32,000 nt of DNA from Ignicoccus islandicus DSM 13165 (GCF_001481685.1 NZ_CP006867.1:330001-362000), one strand, 5' to 3'; shown: positions 17,528 through 26,423, numbered from the stretch's first letter. Numbers and translations: made by a program. The notes: a model not told the origin generated them from the sequence alone.

Positions 17528-18613
17528 TTACCTCGTGATCCTACTGCTCGATATCTTCCGATATAACTCCTTGGCCTCTTCGTTCTCTTGGAAGTATCTC
17601 CTCACGGGCTCAAGTATTTCCGAGAGGTACTTGGCGGTAGCTTTCTTCAAATCTAAGGGATGGAGCTTGCCTTCCCTGAACGCCTCCTCTAATTCTTCGT
17701 ATGTATTGAAAGCAACAGTCCCGCCGAACTTCTCGGGCCTCTCTACGACGAAGGGTTTGTATTCCCTCCAAGGAAATATTACGTATTTAACTATGTCCAG
17801 AACTGGGTTGAACTCCACCACTCCAGCCGGGCAGTAAGCTTTCTTCAATTTACTCCATATCTCTTCCGGTGAGTCGTGAACGAATATGGCGCTCTCCGGT
17901 TTGCTCTTACTCATCTTTATTTCGGAGGCGTAATCGTCTAGGTCCTTCACATCCATTCTCTTACCCCCTTGCAAGGAGGTAAGTAAGGGCGTGTGAATTG
18001 CTATAACCTTCTTGGCATTGATCTTAGGAGCTACGTCTCTCTGTAGCATATGTGCTTTCCTTTGATCTAAGCCCCCCAAGGCTACGTCCAAGTCCATGTA
18101 TACTATATCGGAAACCTGCATTGCTGGATAGATTAATTTGGAGCTATCTAGCTCCGCCTCGTCCGCCTTCCTTCCCATTATAGTTAACGCCCTTTTCATT
18201 CTCGCTAACGAGGTGTTTTTAGCAACCTTGATAACTAAGGCCCAGTAATTGGGATCGCTAACTAGGTCTTCAGCGTAGACCCACCCTATCTTATCCATGG
18301 GTAGTCCTAGGGCCTTGAGAACGTGCCAGACGTACCGAGCTGCGTCCCTTATGAGGTTTAAGTCACCGCCTAGCTTGTCGTTGACCCAAGCGTGCCAAGT
18401 GGCTGCCAGCACTCTCATCTCTATGCCGGCTCTAACTAGATCGTCGAGCTTCTTCGCCCAGACCATCCAACCTACGTGAAAGAGGCCCGAGGGCTCGAAG
18501 CCTATGTATCCCTTCAGCTTCTCTCCCTTCTCGAGCTTCTCCCTTAGTTCGCTTTCGGTTACTATCTCTACCGTATTTCTCTTTATTAATTTAATTTTCT
18601 CTTCTACGTCCAC
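17528..18613 (-). CDS. tyrS: Tyrosyl-tRNA synthetase (archaeal)
   Basis: 361 aa; GYIGFEPSGLFHVGW (HIGH region), MQVSDIVYMDLDVALGGLDQRKAHMLQRD, EIKMSKSKPESAIFVHD (KMSKS). Confidence 0.93.
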   Translation of the reverse strand: MDVEEKIKLIKRNTVEIVTESELREKLEKGEKLKGYIGFEPSGLFHVGWMVWAKKLDDLVRAGIEMRVLAATWHAWVNDKLGGDLNLIRDAARYVWHVLKALGLPMDKIGWVYAEDLVSDPNYWALVIKVAKNTSLARMKRALTIMGRKADEAELDSSKLIYPAMQVSDIVYMDLDVALGGLDQRKAHMLQRDVAPKINAKKVIAIHTPLLTSLQGGKRMDVKDLDDYASEIKMSKSKPESAIFVHDSPEEIWSKLKKAYCPAGVVEFNPVLDIVKYVIFPWREYKPFVVERPEKFGGTVAFNTYEELEEAFREGKLHPLDLKKATAKYLSEILEPVRRYFQENEEAKELYRKISSSRITR

Positions 18614-18663
18614 TTTAAGTCCCGAAAGAAAGGTTGAAGCTCGCGCTATTTACGATTGCAGTT

Positions 18664-18996
18664 TCAAATTACCCTAACTCGTACGGGCCTCCCGTAGCTA
18701 TAGCCCTTAACTACGCCGCCCTCGCTAACCAAGTACGCTTTCCACAACTTCGCAATTGCGAAATCCCTTTTACTAGCGCTAACGTGTTTGTGAAACACTC
18801 CTATCAAGTCGTCCCTCGGCAAGGGCACGCAATTGAAGGCTATTGGAGTAGAAACGCAATGGGTGAAGGCAACCCCTTCGATAACTACTAAATTTCCCTC
18901 CTGAGAACCGAGAAGTAGCGCTCCCTCCTCGAAGTCTAGATCAGAGAGCAGTTCAATTAACGGGCGAGGAATTGCTATCTCGAGAATCGATCTCAT
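18664..18996 (-). CDS. Small JAMM/MPN-like protein (110 aa), tentative
   Basis: EEGALLLG near the N-terminus and DLIGVFHKHVSASKRDFA recall E / HxH / SxxD of JAMM proteins with a shortened loop; overlaps the 3' end of the upstream ORF by 44 nt. Confidence 0.45.
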   Translation of the reverse strand: MRSILEIAIPRPLIELLSDLDFEEGALLLGSQEGNLVVIEGVAFTHCVSTPIAFNCVPLPRDDLIGVFHKHVSASKRDFAIAKLWKAYLVSEGGVVKGYSYGRPVRVRVI

Positions 18997-20305
18997 CTAG
19001 CTTCCTCCCCTCTACGTCGACTTCGGCCCTCAAGCCCGCTCCCTCACCTATCTCCCTCATCTTCAACAAGGCTCTCTTAATCAATGCGTAAAATTGTAGG
19101 GTAGCGTAAACTCTATCTGCGAAACCTACTTCATCGTCCCTTATTTCAATTAGGCTTCTTACCTCTCTCTTTCGCTCCAATGGCTCGGCGTTCATTAGCT
19201 TCCTCAAGGGAAGTAGGTTCCATATTTTGCAGAAGTTCTTGTCCTCTGTAACTAAGACGTTTCCGTCCATAAGCAAGGGATCTATTTGCATTATCGCCTT
19301 ATCGCATAAGTCCGGAGGACTCGGATATTCTATTTTAAGCGACTTTACTTCCTCGACCACGTCGTGAGCAATGAGCGATATGAGATCGACCTTGTCTCCC
19401 CTCTTGGCCCTCTCCTCGAATTTATGAATTAACTCGTATATAACGCATCTAGGTACCCTAATTGTAAAGCCTTTGTAAACCCAATTAAGAGCTCCTAGGA
19501 GGACGAATGACGTATCGGCTATGATTGGCTTACCCTTCAAAGACTTCATTAGGTCCAATGGAAGCAAGCCGGATAGCCATAGCAAGCTATCCTGACCCCT
19601 AGCCAGAACGCCCCTACCTTTAAGCATAGGTGCACCGGTTATTCTCGTCACGTCGCGTTCCGTTACTACCTCCACGCTCCCAATGGCGCTTCCTAGGTCG
19701 AAAGTTACCTTCAACGAAGGCTTCTTGCAATTGAGGTCGTTGCAAGTGTAGTGCAAAGTAGCGTTCAGTTTCTTAACTAATTGGGCCACCTCTCTTCTAA
19801 TGGGGCCTAAGTTGTTCAAGCCTACTTTCTCTAGGTCAATGTTTTCTATTACGTCGTCCACCTTGTCTCGAAACTTTACGTCCCCTATTCCGGTTACTCT
19901 CTGGAGGAACCTGGGTACGAAGGGGTAAACTAAACCGTTCCAGAAACCGAAGGGGAAGGTTACGTGAACTACTTTGCTGGACGCTTTACTGGCTACTGAG
20001 GAGAGCGACGCTCCCGCAGGAGATATCACTACCACGTCGCTTTCGCTCAAGTGTCGCTTGAGTTCGGAGAGCCTCTTACTTAAGGACGCCTCGTCCCCTG
20101 GAACCTCCGCCATCTCAATGCTTGGAATTATCCCAGTTAGTTTCTCTGCATTCCTCTTCCCTGAAGGAGTGTGCAAGACCTTCACTCGATCGACCTCTAT
20201 TTCTTCAAGCGATCTCAAGGTTGAGGAAATGGAAGAAAAGAGGTTAACTTCACCTCCGGCTAACAACACAGCTAAGCTGTCTCTCCTAGGCATTCCCTTA
20301 ACCAA
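18953..20305 (-). CDS. Putative CARF-like domain fused to PIN-type ribonuclease domain
   Basis: 450 aa; N-terminal Rossmann-like alternating pattern with SDVVVISPAGASLSSVASKASSKVVHVTFP; C-terminal KPIIADTSFVLLGAL, CVIYELIHKFEE, MDGNVLVTEDKNF matching PIN acidic residues. Confidence 0.6.
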   Translation of the reverse strand: MVKGMPRRDSLAVLLAGGEVNLFSSISSTLRSLEEIEVDRVKVLHTPSGKRNAEKLTGIIPSIEMAEVPGDEASLSKRLSELKRHLSESDVVVISPAGASLSSVASKASSKVVHVTFPFGFWNGLVYPFVPRFLQRVTGIGDVKFRDKVDDVIENIDLEKVGLNNLGPIRREVAQLVKKLNATLHYTCNDLNCKKPSLKVTFDLGSAIGSVEVVTERDVTRITGAPMLKGRGVLARGQDSLLWLSGLLPLDLMKSLKGKPIIADTSFVLLGALNWVYKGFTIRVPRCVIYELIHKFEERAKRGDKVDLISLIAHDVVEEVKSLKIEYPSPPDLCDKAIMQIDPLLMDGNVLVTEDKNFCKIWNLLPLRKLMNAEPLERKREVRSLIEIRDDEVGFADRVYATLQFYALIKRALLKMREIGEGAGLRAEVDVEGRKLDEIDSRDSNSSPVN

Positions 20306-20344
20306 TATTTAGTGTTAAGCAAACCTTTTGACGTCTTCAAGGAC

Positions 20345-20780
20345 TTCTTTTATATTGGTCTCGAAGATTTATTTCGCCCCGGCGTAACGAACTGAAAGCG
20401 TTGAAATTAAGAGAACATTGATCGCAAGTTTGCTGTGACTGAGACGTGAGGGAAAGCAGTTACCACATGGCGAGAGGCCGTCTGTTGCGAGCTTGAGTTA
20501 TTAGCGCAGCTCCCGGCACTGGCCAGTAAGCAGTATTCGAATCTCGCCTTCGCATACGGTTGTAATTGCGTTTCCAGAGACCTTTTACAAGCGACTTCGT
20601 ACTTTCCAGAGTCGCTGATAGGCTTACTGGAACGTCGCCTCCTTATGCAAGATACTATATATCTAAGGTCTCCTGCGAAGCCGTTCTTTGGAAGGGCGAT
20701 GGATTGAGACGTTAGTAGGGAGTAGACCTTGACCATTAAAAACGCTCAACACGCACTACATTGAAGCGCCCGCAGGGAGC
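20345..20780. other. Non-coding interval with multiple complementary segments; candidate structured RNA locus
   Basis: CCAGTAAGC (20523-20531) / GCTTACTGG (20622-20630); AGCGACT (20590-20596) / AGTCGCT (20610-20616); AAGGTCTCC (20665-20673) / GGAG-TA-GACCTT (20719-20730); GGCGAGA (20469-20475) / TCTCGCC (20542-20548). Confidence 0.4.
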
Positions 20781-20839
20781 GATCCCAAGGAAACTCAATA
20801 TAGCTTTTAGGAGAAGGGAAGAGAGGTGAACTCGAGCTG

Positions 20840-21319
20840 TTGGACGAGGCAACGAGGTATTTAGCGCTCGGAGTGTTCCTCGCGTCGCTCGCATTGGGGA
20901 GCTTGGATTACTCGCTCTCGGGCGGAACCGTTTCGCCTTTAACGCCAGCAGCTGCGCTGGCTGTAGTAATAGCGTTTATTTCCATGGTGTTCCTAGATGA
21001 AGGTTCGTCGAAATTACATAAGCAGTTCACCGAGGGGGCCTTGATAGCTGCCGCGATATTGGACTTGCTAAGGATAATTGACCTCGTCATAGGTTTTCCC
21101 AACCCGCAATACGCAGTTGGTCTGCTCTATTTCGCGTTAGGCTACTTAGAGATCAAGGAGATAACGGTGTTCGCTGTAAAGCCTTTCAAAATCTATCCTC
21201 ACGGTCAAGTAGTAACGGCTCTAGCTATAGACCCAACGCCCTTGCTCGCTGCGTGGTACCTATATTCATTTAGAAGAGAAAGCCTTAGGAAGTTCGTTAA
21301 ATCCGTTGTGAGCGCTTAG
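20840..21319 (+). CDS. Hypothetical polytopic membrane protein (159 aa)
   Basis: Three to four hydrophobic segments; preceded by gagaggtgaa SD-like sequence. Confidence 0.6.
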   Translation: MDEATRYLALGVFLASLALGSLDYSLSGGTVSPLTPAAALAVVIAFISMVFLDEGSSKLHKQFTEGALIAAAILDLLRIIDLVIGFPNPQYAVGLLYFALGYLEIKEITVFAVKPFKIYPHGQVVTALAIDPTPLLAAWYLYSFRRESLRKFVKSVVSA

Positions 21320-21359
21320 TTTTTGTAACCTTGTCTGCACGTGACGATGGGTAATACGG

Positions 21360-21689
21360 ATGGCTAAGAAGAAGAGAGACGCTACAATATGTCCGAAGTG
21401 TGGTACTAAGGTAGAGCCTATCAAGACTTGGCAACTGGTCTCTCCCATGCCCGACTCGAAGGGAAGAATAACAATAACGATAATGGGAAGCTTCCAATGT
21501 CCTAACTGTGGGCACAAGTGGAGGGGCGTAGTTAGTAAGATAAAGATCGGGGGAGGAGAGATCGAAGTAAAAGGGAAGAAGATAAAGGAACCAGAGCCAG
21601 TACAAGAAGAGCCTGAAGTGATAGAGCTCGACCTGGATGAGCTGGACGTAAGCGATGAGGAAATAGAGAAAGCACTTAAGTCAAAGTAA
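21360..21689 (+). CDS. Zinc-ribbon protein with acidic tail
   Basis: 109 aa; CPKCG...CPNCGHKW pairs, C-terminal acidic helix. Confidence 0.75.
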   Translation: MAKKKRDATICPKCGTKVEPIKTWQLVSPMPDSKGRITITIMGSFQCPNCGHKWRGVVSKIKIGGGEIEVKGKKIKEPEPVQEEPEVIELDLDELDVSDEEIEKALKSK

Positions 21690-21714
21690 TGGATTTTTCC
21701 TAAGGAATCAACTC

Positions 21715-22146
21715 ATGAACGATAGAGAGCTCATAAAGCTGACTATAAGCGACTTCGCTACGATAAATCAATCCGTTCCTAAGGAACAAATTCCCTTACT
21801 TAGAGCGCTAAGAGGGGAAAGGGAGGTTCCCTTAAAGGACGGAACGGTCCACTTAATGGACGAAGACGACCTACAGAGGCTCTCCAACGCCATCCCTTCT
21901 TGGCTCAGATGGCTAGTTAAGGTTCCCATAGTTCTAAGCTATAACCCCGAAACCGGGGCTTTGAGCGTCATGGGAGACCAATGGCAAGAAGAGGCAGTAA
22001 GGAACGTTCTTGGACTCGAACGAGACGAAAAACTTAAATTTTACCATTTGGATAAGCTAGTTATGGAACTGGGTTCACTAGTGTTCGTAATATTTGCGGT
22101 GGATCTCCGCGAGGTGATTTCCTCCAAGGGTGTTGAAAATGAATAG
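21715..22146 (+). CDS. DUF61/UPF0216-like protein
   Basis: 143 aa; INQSVPKEQIPLLRAL, LKDGTVHLMDEDDLQRLSNAIPSWLRWLVKVPIVLSYNPETGALSVMGDQWQEEAVRNVLG. Confidence 0.65.
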   Translation: MNDRELIKLTISDFATINQSVPKEQIPLLRALRGEREVPLKDGTVHLMDEDDLQRLSNAIPSWLRWLVKVPIVLSYNPETGALSVMGDQWQEEAVRNVLGLERDEKLKFYHLDKLVMELGSLVFVIFAVDLREVISSKGVENE

Positions 22147-23014
22147 GAAGTTCGTTAAGGACGTTTTATCTCTAATTGGAGACAAAGGCGTATTAATTAA
22201 TGGCAAGGCCTCGGACATAGTGGTCAAAAGAGAAGGGAGGATCTTCGCTGTAATAGCTGAAAGGAACGCCTCTAGGATTAAGAGAGGTAAAGTAGGAGTA
22301 CTGAACGCTTTGGCAAAAGCAATAGACGCCATTCCACTGATAGTAAGCGAGAAAATGGGTTCCGAGAAATTATTGGAGGACGTCATTTACGAGAGGTTCG
22401 ATACGCCGGTAGCTTCCCCGGAGACCTTGAATAAACTATTGTCTGGTGATAAAATATACATAAGGAAACACAAGTCGGCTTTCGTCGTTAGCGTGAACCC
22501 GAAGGAGCTCAAGCGGAAGAGAGTTGAGAGCGGGATGAGCTTGGGCGCCCTAGCCGACTACTTAGGGGTTAGCAAGAAGTCCGTATACGATTACGAAAGG
22601 GGGGAGAGCAAGGTAAGCGTGGACGTTGCGGTGAAGCTCGTGGAGCTGTTCGGCGAGGAAGTACTAGAGGAGGTGAACTTCAATGAATTCGAAGGAGTAA
22701 TAGAGCCTTGCGAGCCGCATAGCCCAATTGAGGCCAAATTACTTGATAGGACCGAAGGCGTACACGTACCCAAAGGTAACGTCCACGTAGGGAAAGAGAG
22801 GGAGTTCGTAGCAGTTGTTCCACACGGCGACGAGGAATTGCAGTGGTTCGGGGAAGCTAGTAAAATGATAGACAAGAAGGCCTTCGCAGTAGGCTTCGAA
22901 GACTTACCCAAGGACCTGGAGGGAGGCAACGTCGAAATTGCTAGAGATATAGAGGAGTTCGTAAGGCTCTTAAGGGAAGGGAAGGAAAGAGATGGACGTC
23001 AGAGAAGCGCTTAG
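22130..23014 (+). CDS. Predicted HTH transcriptional regulator (archaeal COG1395-type; probable start at MNRKFVKDV)
   Basis: KELKRKRVESGMSLGALADYLGVSKKSVYDYERGESKVSVDVAVKLVELFG = XRE-type HTH inside an archaeal-specific architecture. Confidence 0.8.
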   Translation: MLKMNRKFVKDVLSLIGDKGVLINGKASDIVVKREGRIFAVIAERNASRIKRGKVGVLNALAKAIDAIPLIVSEKMGSEKLLEDVIYERFDTPVASPETLNKLLSGDKIYIRKHKSAFVVSVNPKELKRKRVESGMSLGALADYLGVSKKSVYDYERGESKVSVDVAVKLVELFGEEVLEEVNFNEFEGVIEPCEPHSPIEAKLLDRTEGVHVPKGNVHVGKEREFVAVVPHGDEELQWFGEASKMIDKKAFAVGFEDLPKDLEGGNVEIARDIEEFVRLLREGKERDGRQRSA

Positions 23015-23864
23015 CGTTATATCTAAGGAGGACTTAGAAATACTTTACGCTTTGGAGAAGTACTCAAATAGGTATGAGTTCGTTCCTCTAGAAGTCTTGG
23101 AGAAGTCTACCCGGTTACCCCTTCACGTTTTAGAAAGGAGCTTGTACAAGCTAAACTCTTTGAAGATAATAAAGAGACAGTCCGCTTCGTTCCTAGGCTA
23201 CAGACTGACCATAGTAGCCTACGACGTACTGGCAATAGTCTCGTTAATGAAAAAGGGGTACTTAGATAAGTTGGGAGAGAAGCTGGGCGTCGGAAAGGAG
23301 AGCGACGTCTACCTTGGAATAACTCCAAGTGGAAAGGAAGTGGCCGTTAAGTTCCACAGAGTTGGGAGAACTAGCTTCAGGCACGTGGCTAGACACAGGA
23401 GCTATAAGCTAGAGAGTTCGTGGCTCTTGCAATCGAAGGTCTCAGCGCAAAGGGAGTTCGCCGCGCTAAGGGAGCTTTCCTCGGTAGGCGCGAAGGTCCC
23501 CGAGCCGATAGCTAGAAGTAGGCACGTAGTGGTAACTGAGCTGATTAAGGGCGCAGTAGAGCTCTCAGAGAAGCCTCCCTTAAAGGATCCATTGAAAGCG
23601 TTCCAAGACGTCATTGAAACGATCGATAAAGCCTATAACGAGGTGGGTATCGTTCACGGTGACTTAAGCGAGTACAACGTTATAGTAAATCCCGAGACTT
23701 CCGAAGCTTACGTAATAGATTGGCCCCAATACGTTGAAAGGGATCATCCAAGAGCGAAGGAACTATTAAGGAGAGACGTAGACTACGTGGTAAAGTTCTT
23801 CAGAAAGACTTATTCGATTCCTGTAGAGACGGAGGAAGTTTACGAAGCAATAGTAAAGCGGTAG
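22992..23864 (+). CDS. rio2: RIO2-type serine/threonine kinase with N-terminal winged helix
   Basis: LGVGKESDVYLG, EVAVKFHRVGRTSFR, GIVHGDLSEYNVIV, YVIDWPQYV; N-terminal wHTH. Confidence 0.9.
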   Translation: MDVREALSVISKEDLEILYALEKYSNRYEFVPLEVLEKSTRLPLHVLERSLYKLNSLKIIKRQSASFLGYRLTIVAYDVLAIVSLMKKGYLDKLGEKLGVGKESDVYLGITPSGKEVAVKFHRVGRTSFRHVARHRSYKLESSWLLQSKVSAQREFAALRELSSVGAKVPEPIARSRHVVVTELIKGAVELSEKPPLKDPLKAFQDVIETIDKAYNEVGIVHGDLSEYNVIVNPETSEAYVIDWPQYVERDHPRAKELLRRDVDYVVKFFRKTYSIPVETEEVYEAIVKR

Positions 23865-23888
23865 CAAATTACCCCAAATTATCCTAGA

Positions 23889-25424
23889 TCACGTTGTTCG
23901 TTTGTATCTATGAAGTGATTCTATTAATACAAGAGATCCGAGAAGGGTTGAAGATATCAAGAGGTACAGCGTAAGTGGGTAGCACCTCAAGGAGCTAGAG
24001 TAAAGGCCGGTAGAACTTTCCTCTCGTAAAGCAACGGCACAACTACCTAGATAAGAGAACTCTGGTATACCTCTCGCAAACGACTTCTCGTAGCCTGGCG
24101 GTAGGTACTTGCCGGAATATATTGGGACCTTGTAATTTACCCTTAGGCTTACGTTTCCGGAGTTAGTGTTGTAATGTACCAAAACTTCCCTATTTAGTAT
24201 TCGAGGGGTCCCGTTCAAGAGTTTGATATCAGAGCTTACGGTAGAAACCTTCACGTTCGTTACGTTGAGTTGCTTCACTAAGTCGAAGTAAACTGGAGCG
24301 GAGCTGGAATAGAAGATAGAGAGGGCTAACGCGACTATTAAAGCTGCCTCGAGTGATTCGACGAACTTTCTCTTCTTTACATATGTTACTGCAAAGCTTA
24401 TCCAAGGTATTACAGACGCTAAGATATAGTGGAGAAATCCCGTTGGAGATATTAAAAGATACTTACACCTCTTGTAATACGCAATAGATAAGGTTAGGGT
24501 AGATAACGTTAAAACTAGTTGAAAAGCCTCAATGGAATAATACCTAATGAGAGCCATCGCAAGCAACGCTATTGATGGAACGAGAACTCCTAGGGAAATT
24601 ACCTCCAACCCTTCAACTAATTTCAAGTAATATAACGAGCTTAAGAGCAGCGTTGCGAATGCTATTCCTAAGGACCTTTGATCAGCGAAGTACGGACTTG
24701 CTATATCGGTCGGAATTAAACGAACTATTGATATAGTAACTAAAGACGCCAATATTATTGAAAGCGTGCTGAGCTTGTCCCTATACAAGTAGTGAATTAC
24801 GAGGGAGAGTACTGATACGAGGTAGGCCGCGTGGAAAATGGAATAAGGGATCGGGATTCCATACGTAGTTAAGTTGTAATACGCAAAGAGAGCTAATGAA
24901 AAGGACGCTAACGAAGCAGACAAGTTTAGTAGAGGGTCTTTCCGAACTGCCAAGTACGAAACGTAGAGGGCTATTGAGAGATGGAATAGAAATAGATAGA
25001 GCGTATCGAACGTACTCCTAATAGTACCATAGCCTATAGGCGGTATCGAAGGGGCGCTGAACATCATTGAAGAGTTTAGACTAAGGTAATTGGACCAATA
25101 AGTCAAAAGGGAAGCGATCAATACGCTAGCTGAAATGGAAAGGGGCAGCTTGCGGAAGTAAGATAGCATTGAGGCGATTAGTGGAACGTAGAACTGAGGG
25201 AGCGTCAGAGCTACGACTACCCTCTCAAGCGGATTTAGGGCGCAGTTAACCCAGTACCATTCGAGCAACGTGGAAACGCGACACGAGAGGAAGTGAAAGA
25301 GCGTCAGAATTGATATCGATAACGGAATTAGGGATAAGTACTTAGATGAATCGAGCTTTCTGAACAAGTAAGCTAGAACGGGTAATGGTATTGAAATAAC
25401 TATGAGAAGTGAGAAAAAATTCAT
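23889..25424 (-). CDS. Large polytopic membrane protein of unknown function (511 aa), next to the pilin/adhesin gene
   Basis: About 12 hydrophobic segments, then a C-terminal extracellular-like domain (SSSAPVYFDLVKQLNVTNVKV...) and a final TM. Confidence 0.7.
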   Translation of the reverse strand: MNFFSLLIVISIPLPVLAYLFRKLDSSKYLSLIPLSISILTLFHFLSCRVSTLLEWYWVNCALNPLERVVVALTLPQFYVPLIASMLSYFRKLPLSISASVLIASLLTYWSNYLSLNSSMMFSAPSIPPIGYGTIRSTFDTLYLFLFHLSIALYVSYLAVRKDPLLNLSASLASFSLALFAYYNLTTYGIPIPYSIFHAAYLVSVLSLVIHYLYRDKLSTLSIILASLVTISIVRLIPTDIASPYFADQRSLGIAFATLLLSSLYYLKLVEGLEVISLGVLVPSIALLAMALIRYYSIEAFQLVLTLSTLTLSIAYYKRCKYLLISPTGFLHYILASVIPWISFAVTYVKKRKFVESLEAALIVALALSIFYSSSAPVYFDLVKQLNVTNVKVSTVSSDIKLLNGTPRILNREVLVHYNTNSGNVSLRVNYKVPIYSGKYLPPGYEKSFARGIPEFSYLGSCAVALREESSTGLYSSSLRCYPLTLYLLISSTLLGSLVLIESLHRYKRTT

Positions 25425-25457
25425 TTTTAGTTAAACCTCCCCGAGCCGGTTTTGGCT

Positions 25458-26423
25458 TTACTGTACAGTTAGAGGTACAGTGGTCTCCCAAGTGCTGCCG
25501 TCTTGGAATTGTAGCCTAATGTCAACATTATCCATTACGTTGGGATTGACCTTCTGGCACCATATTACTAAGCTCCAGTCGTCTTGGCCGACCTTGGCTA
25601 GGTCGAAAGTGTCAATTGCTCTTTGTTGGGCGTTGGTACCGTCATGGTATGCTACATTTAGGGTACTGCCAGTCCACCTATCGTACCTTATCACAGCGTT
25701 AGTACTCTTGAAGTTGGTCTCTACCTTGTTAGTGCTTGGGTAAGTCACTTCCCAGACACCAGCTACTATGGTCGCAAACGAGTCGGTAGTGTAAGTGTTG
25801 GTACCATCTGTTGCATAGATGTATGCGGTGGTAGTGCCAGTGGGTGCAGTAATTCCATCCGTTAGATCTGCATCAGTTACTTGACCTTTAGCACCAACTC
25901 CTTGCGTGTTCGCAAAGGCTAATACTATACCTCCCGGAGGTAGTTGATCGTTGCCGTCTAGCTGACCTGCGGTTTGGCCACCAAATCCGGCGAACGCAAT
26001 ACCGTAGGATTGCAATCCTCCAGCAGTACTACCTGTATGCTGGTCGTCTGTGCTTTGTAGGAAGGCTGCGTAGTGGCAGAGTATCCTACCAGCGTAAATT
26101 ACGTCTACGTTGTCGATGGTTACTAGGTTTTGACCAGCTCCAGCGCCGCCTACAGCAGCCGGTGGAGCCTTGAAGGATATTATTAGTACTGGGTAGTCGA
26201 CCTTGAATCCTGCGCCGGTACCGTCACGATAATCACCCATTGCCCAAGTAGCTTGTATTACAGTTAGGGTCTTTCCGGTCACTTGGCTTCCAGCCACGTT
26301 GGCGCTCAGGCTACCTACCCAAGTGTAGAGCAAGACGGCAGCTGCGACGGCGATGAGTATTAGCAGTAGGGTCGCTATAACCGGGGAAACTCCCTTCCTT
26401 AGGGCCTTCATGTCTCTCACCAT
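25458..26423 (-). CDS. Class III signal-peptide filament protein (type IV pilin-like; resembles the Iho670 fibre adhesin of Ignicoccus)
   Basis: MVRDMKALRKG|VSPVIATLLLILIAVAAAVLLYTWVGSLS: PibD-type prepilin site and hydrophobic helix, then about 285 aa Gly/Thr-rich domain. The track ORF extends further upstream but that part overlaps aroE and the promoter. Confidence 0.85.
   Translation of the reverse strand: MVRDMKALRKGVSPVIATLLLILIAVAAAVLLYTWVGSLSANVAGSQVTGKTLTVIQATWAMGDYRDGTGAGFKVDYPVLIISFKAPPAAVGGAGAGQNLVTIDNVDVIYAGRILCHYAAFLQSTDDQHTGSTAGGLQSYGIAFAGFGGQTAGQLDGNDQLPPGGIVLAFANTQGVGAKGQVTDADLTDGITAPTGTTTAYIYATDGTNTYTTDSFATIVAGVWEVTYPSTNKVETNFKSTNAVIRYDRWTGSTLNVAYHDGTNAQQRAIDTFDLAKVGQDDWSLVIWCQKVNPNVMDNVDIRLQFQDGSTWETTVPLTVQ

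Noticed and set aside
18634-18891. 85-aa + strand ORF
   Set aside because: Opposite the JAMM-like ORF, which has better domain-like sequence and operon position.
20407-20736. 109-aa minus-strand ORF (MVKVYSLLTSQSIALPKNGFAGDL...)
   Set aside because: Sequence is Ser/Arg/Cys-rich without fold-like pattern and coincides with the complementary segments; more likely a chance ORF over a non-coding element.
20345-20780. Interpretation as RNase P RNA or SRP RNA
   Set aside because: I could not find the universal P4 bulged-U pairing or the SRP helix 8 core; left unnamed pending cmscan.
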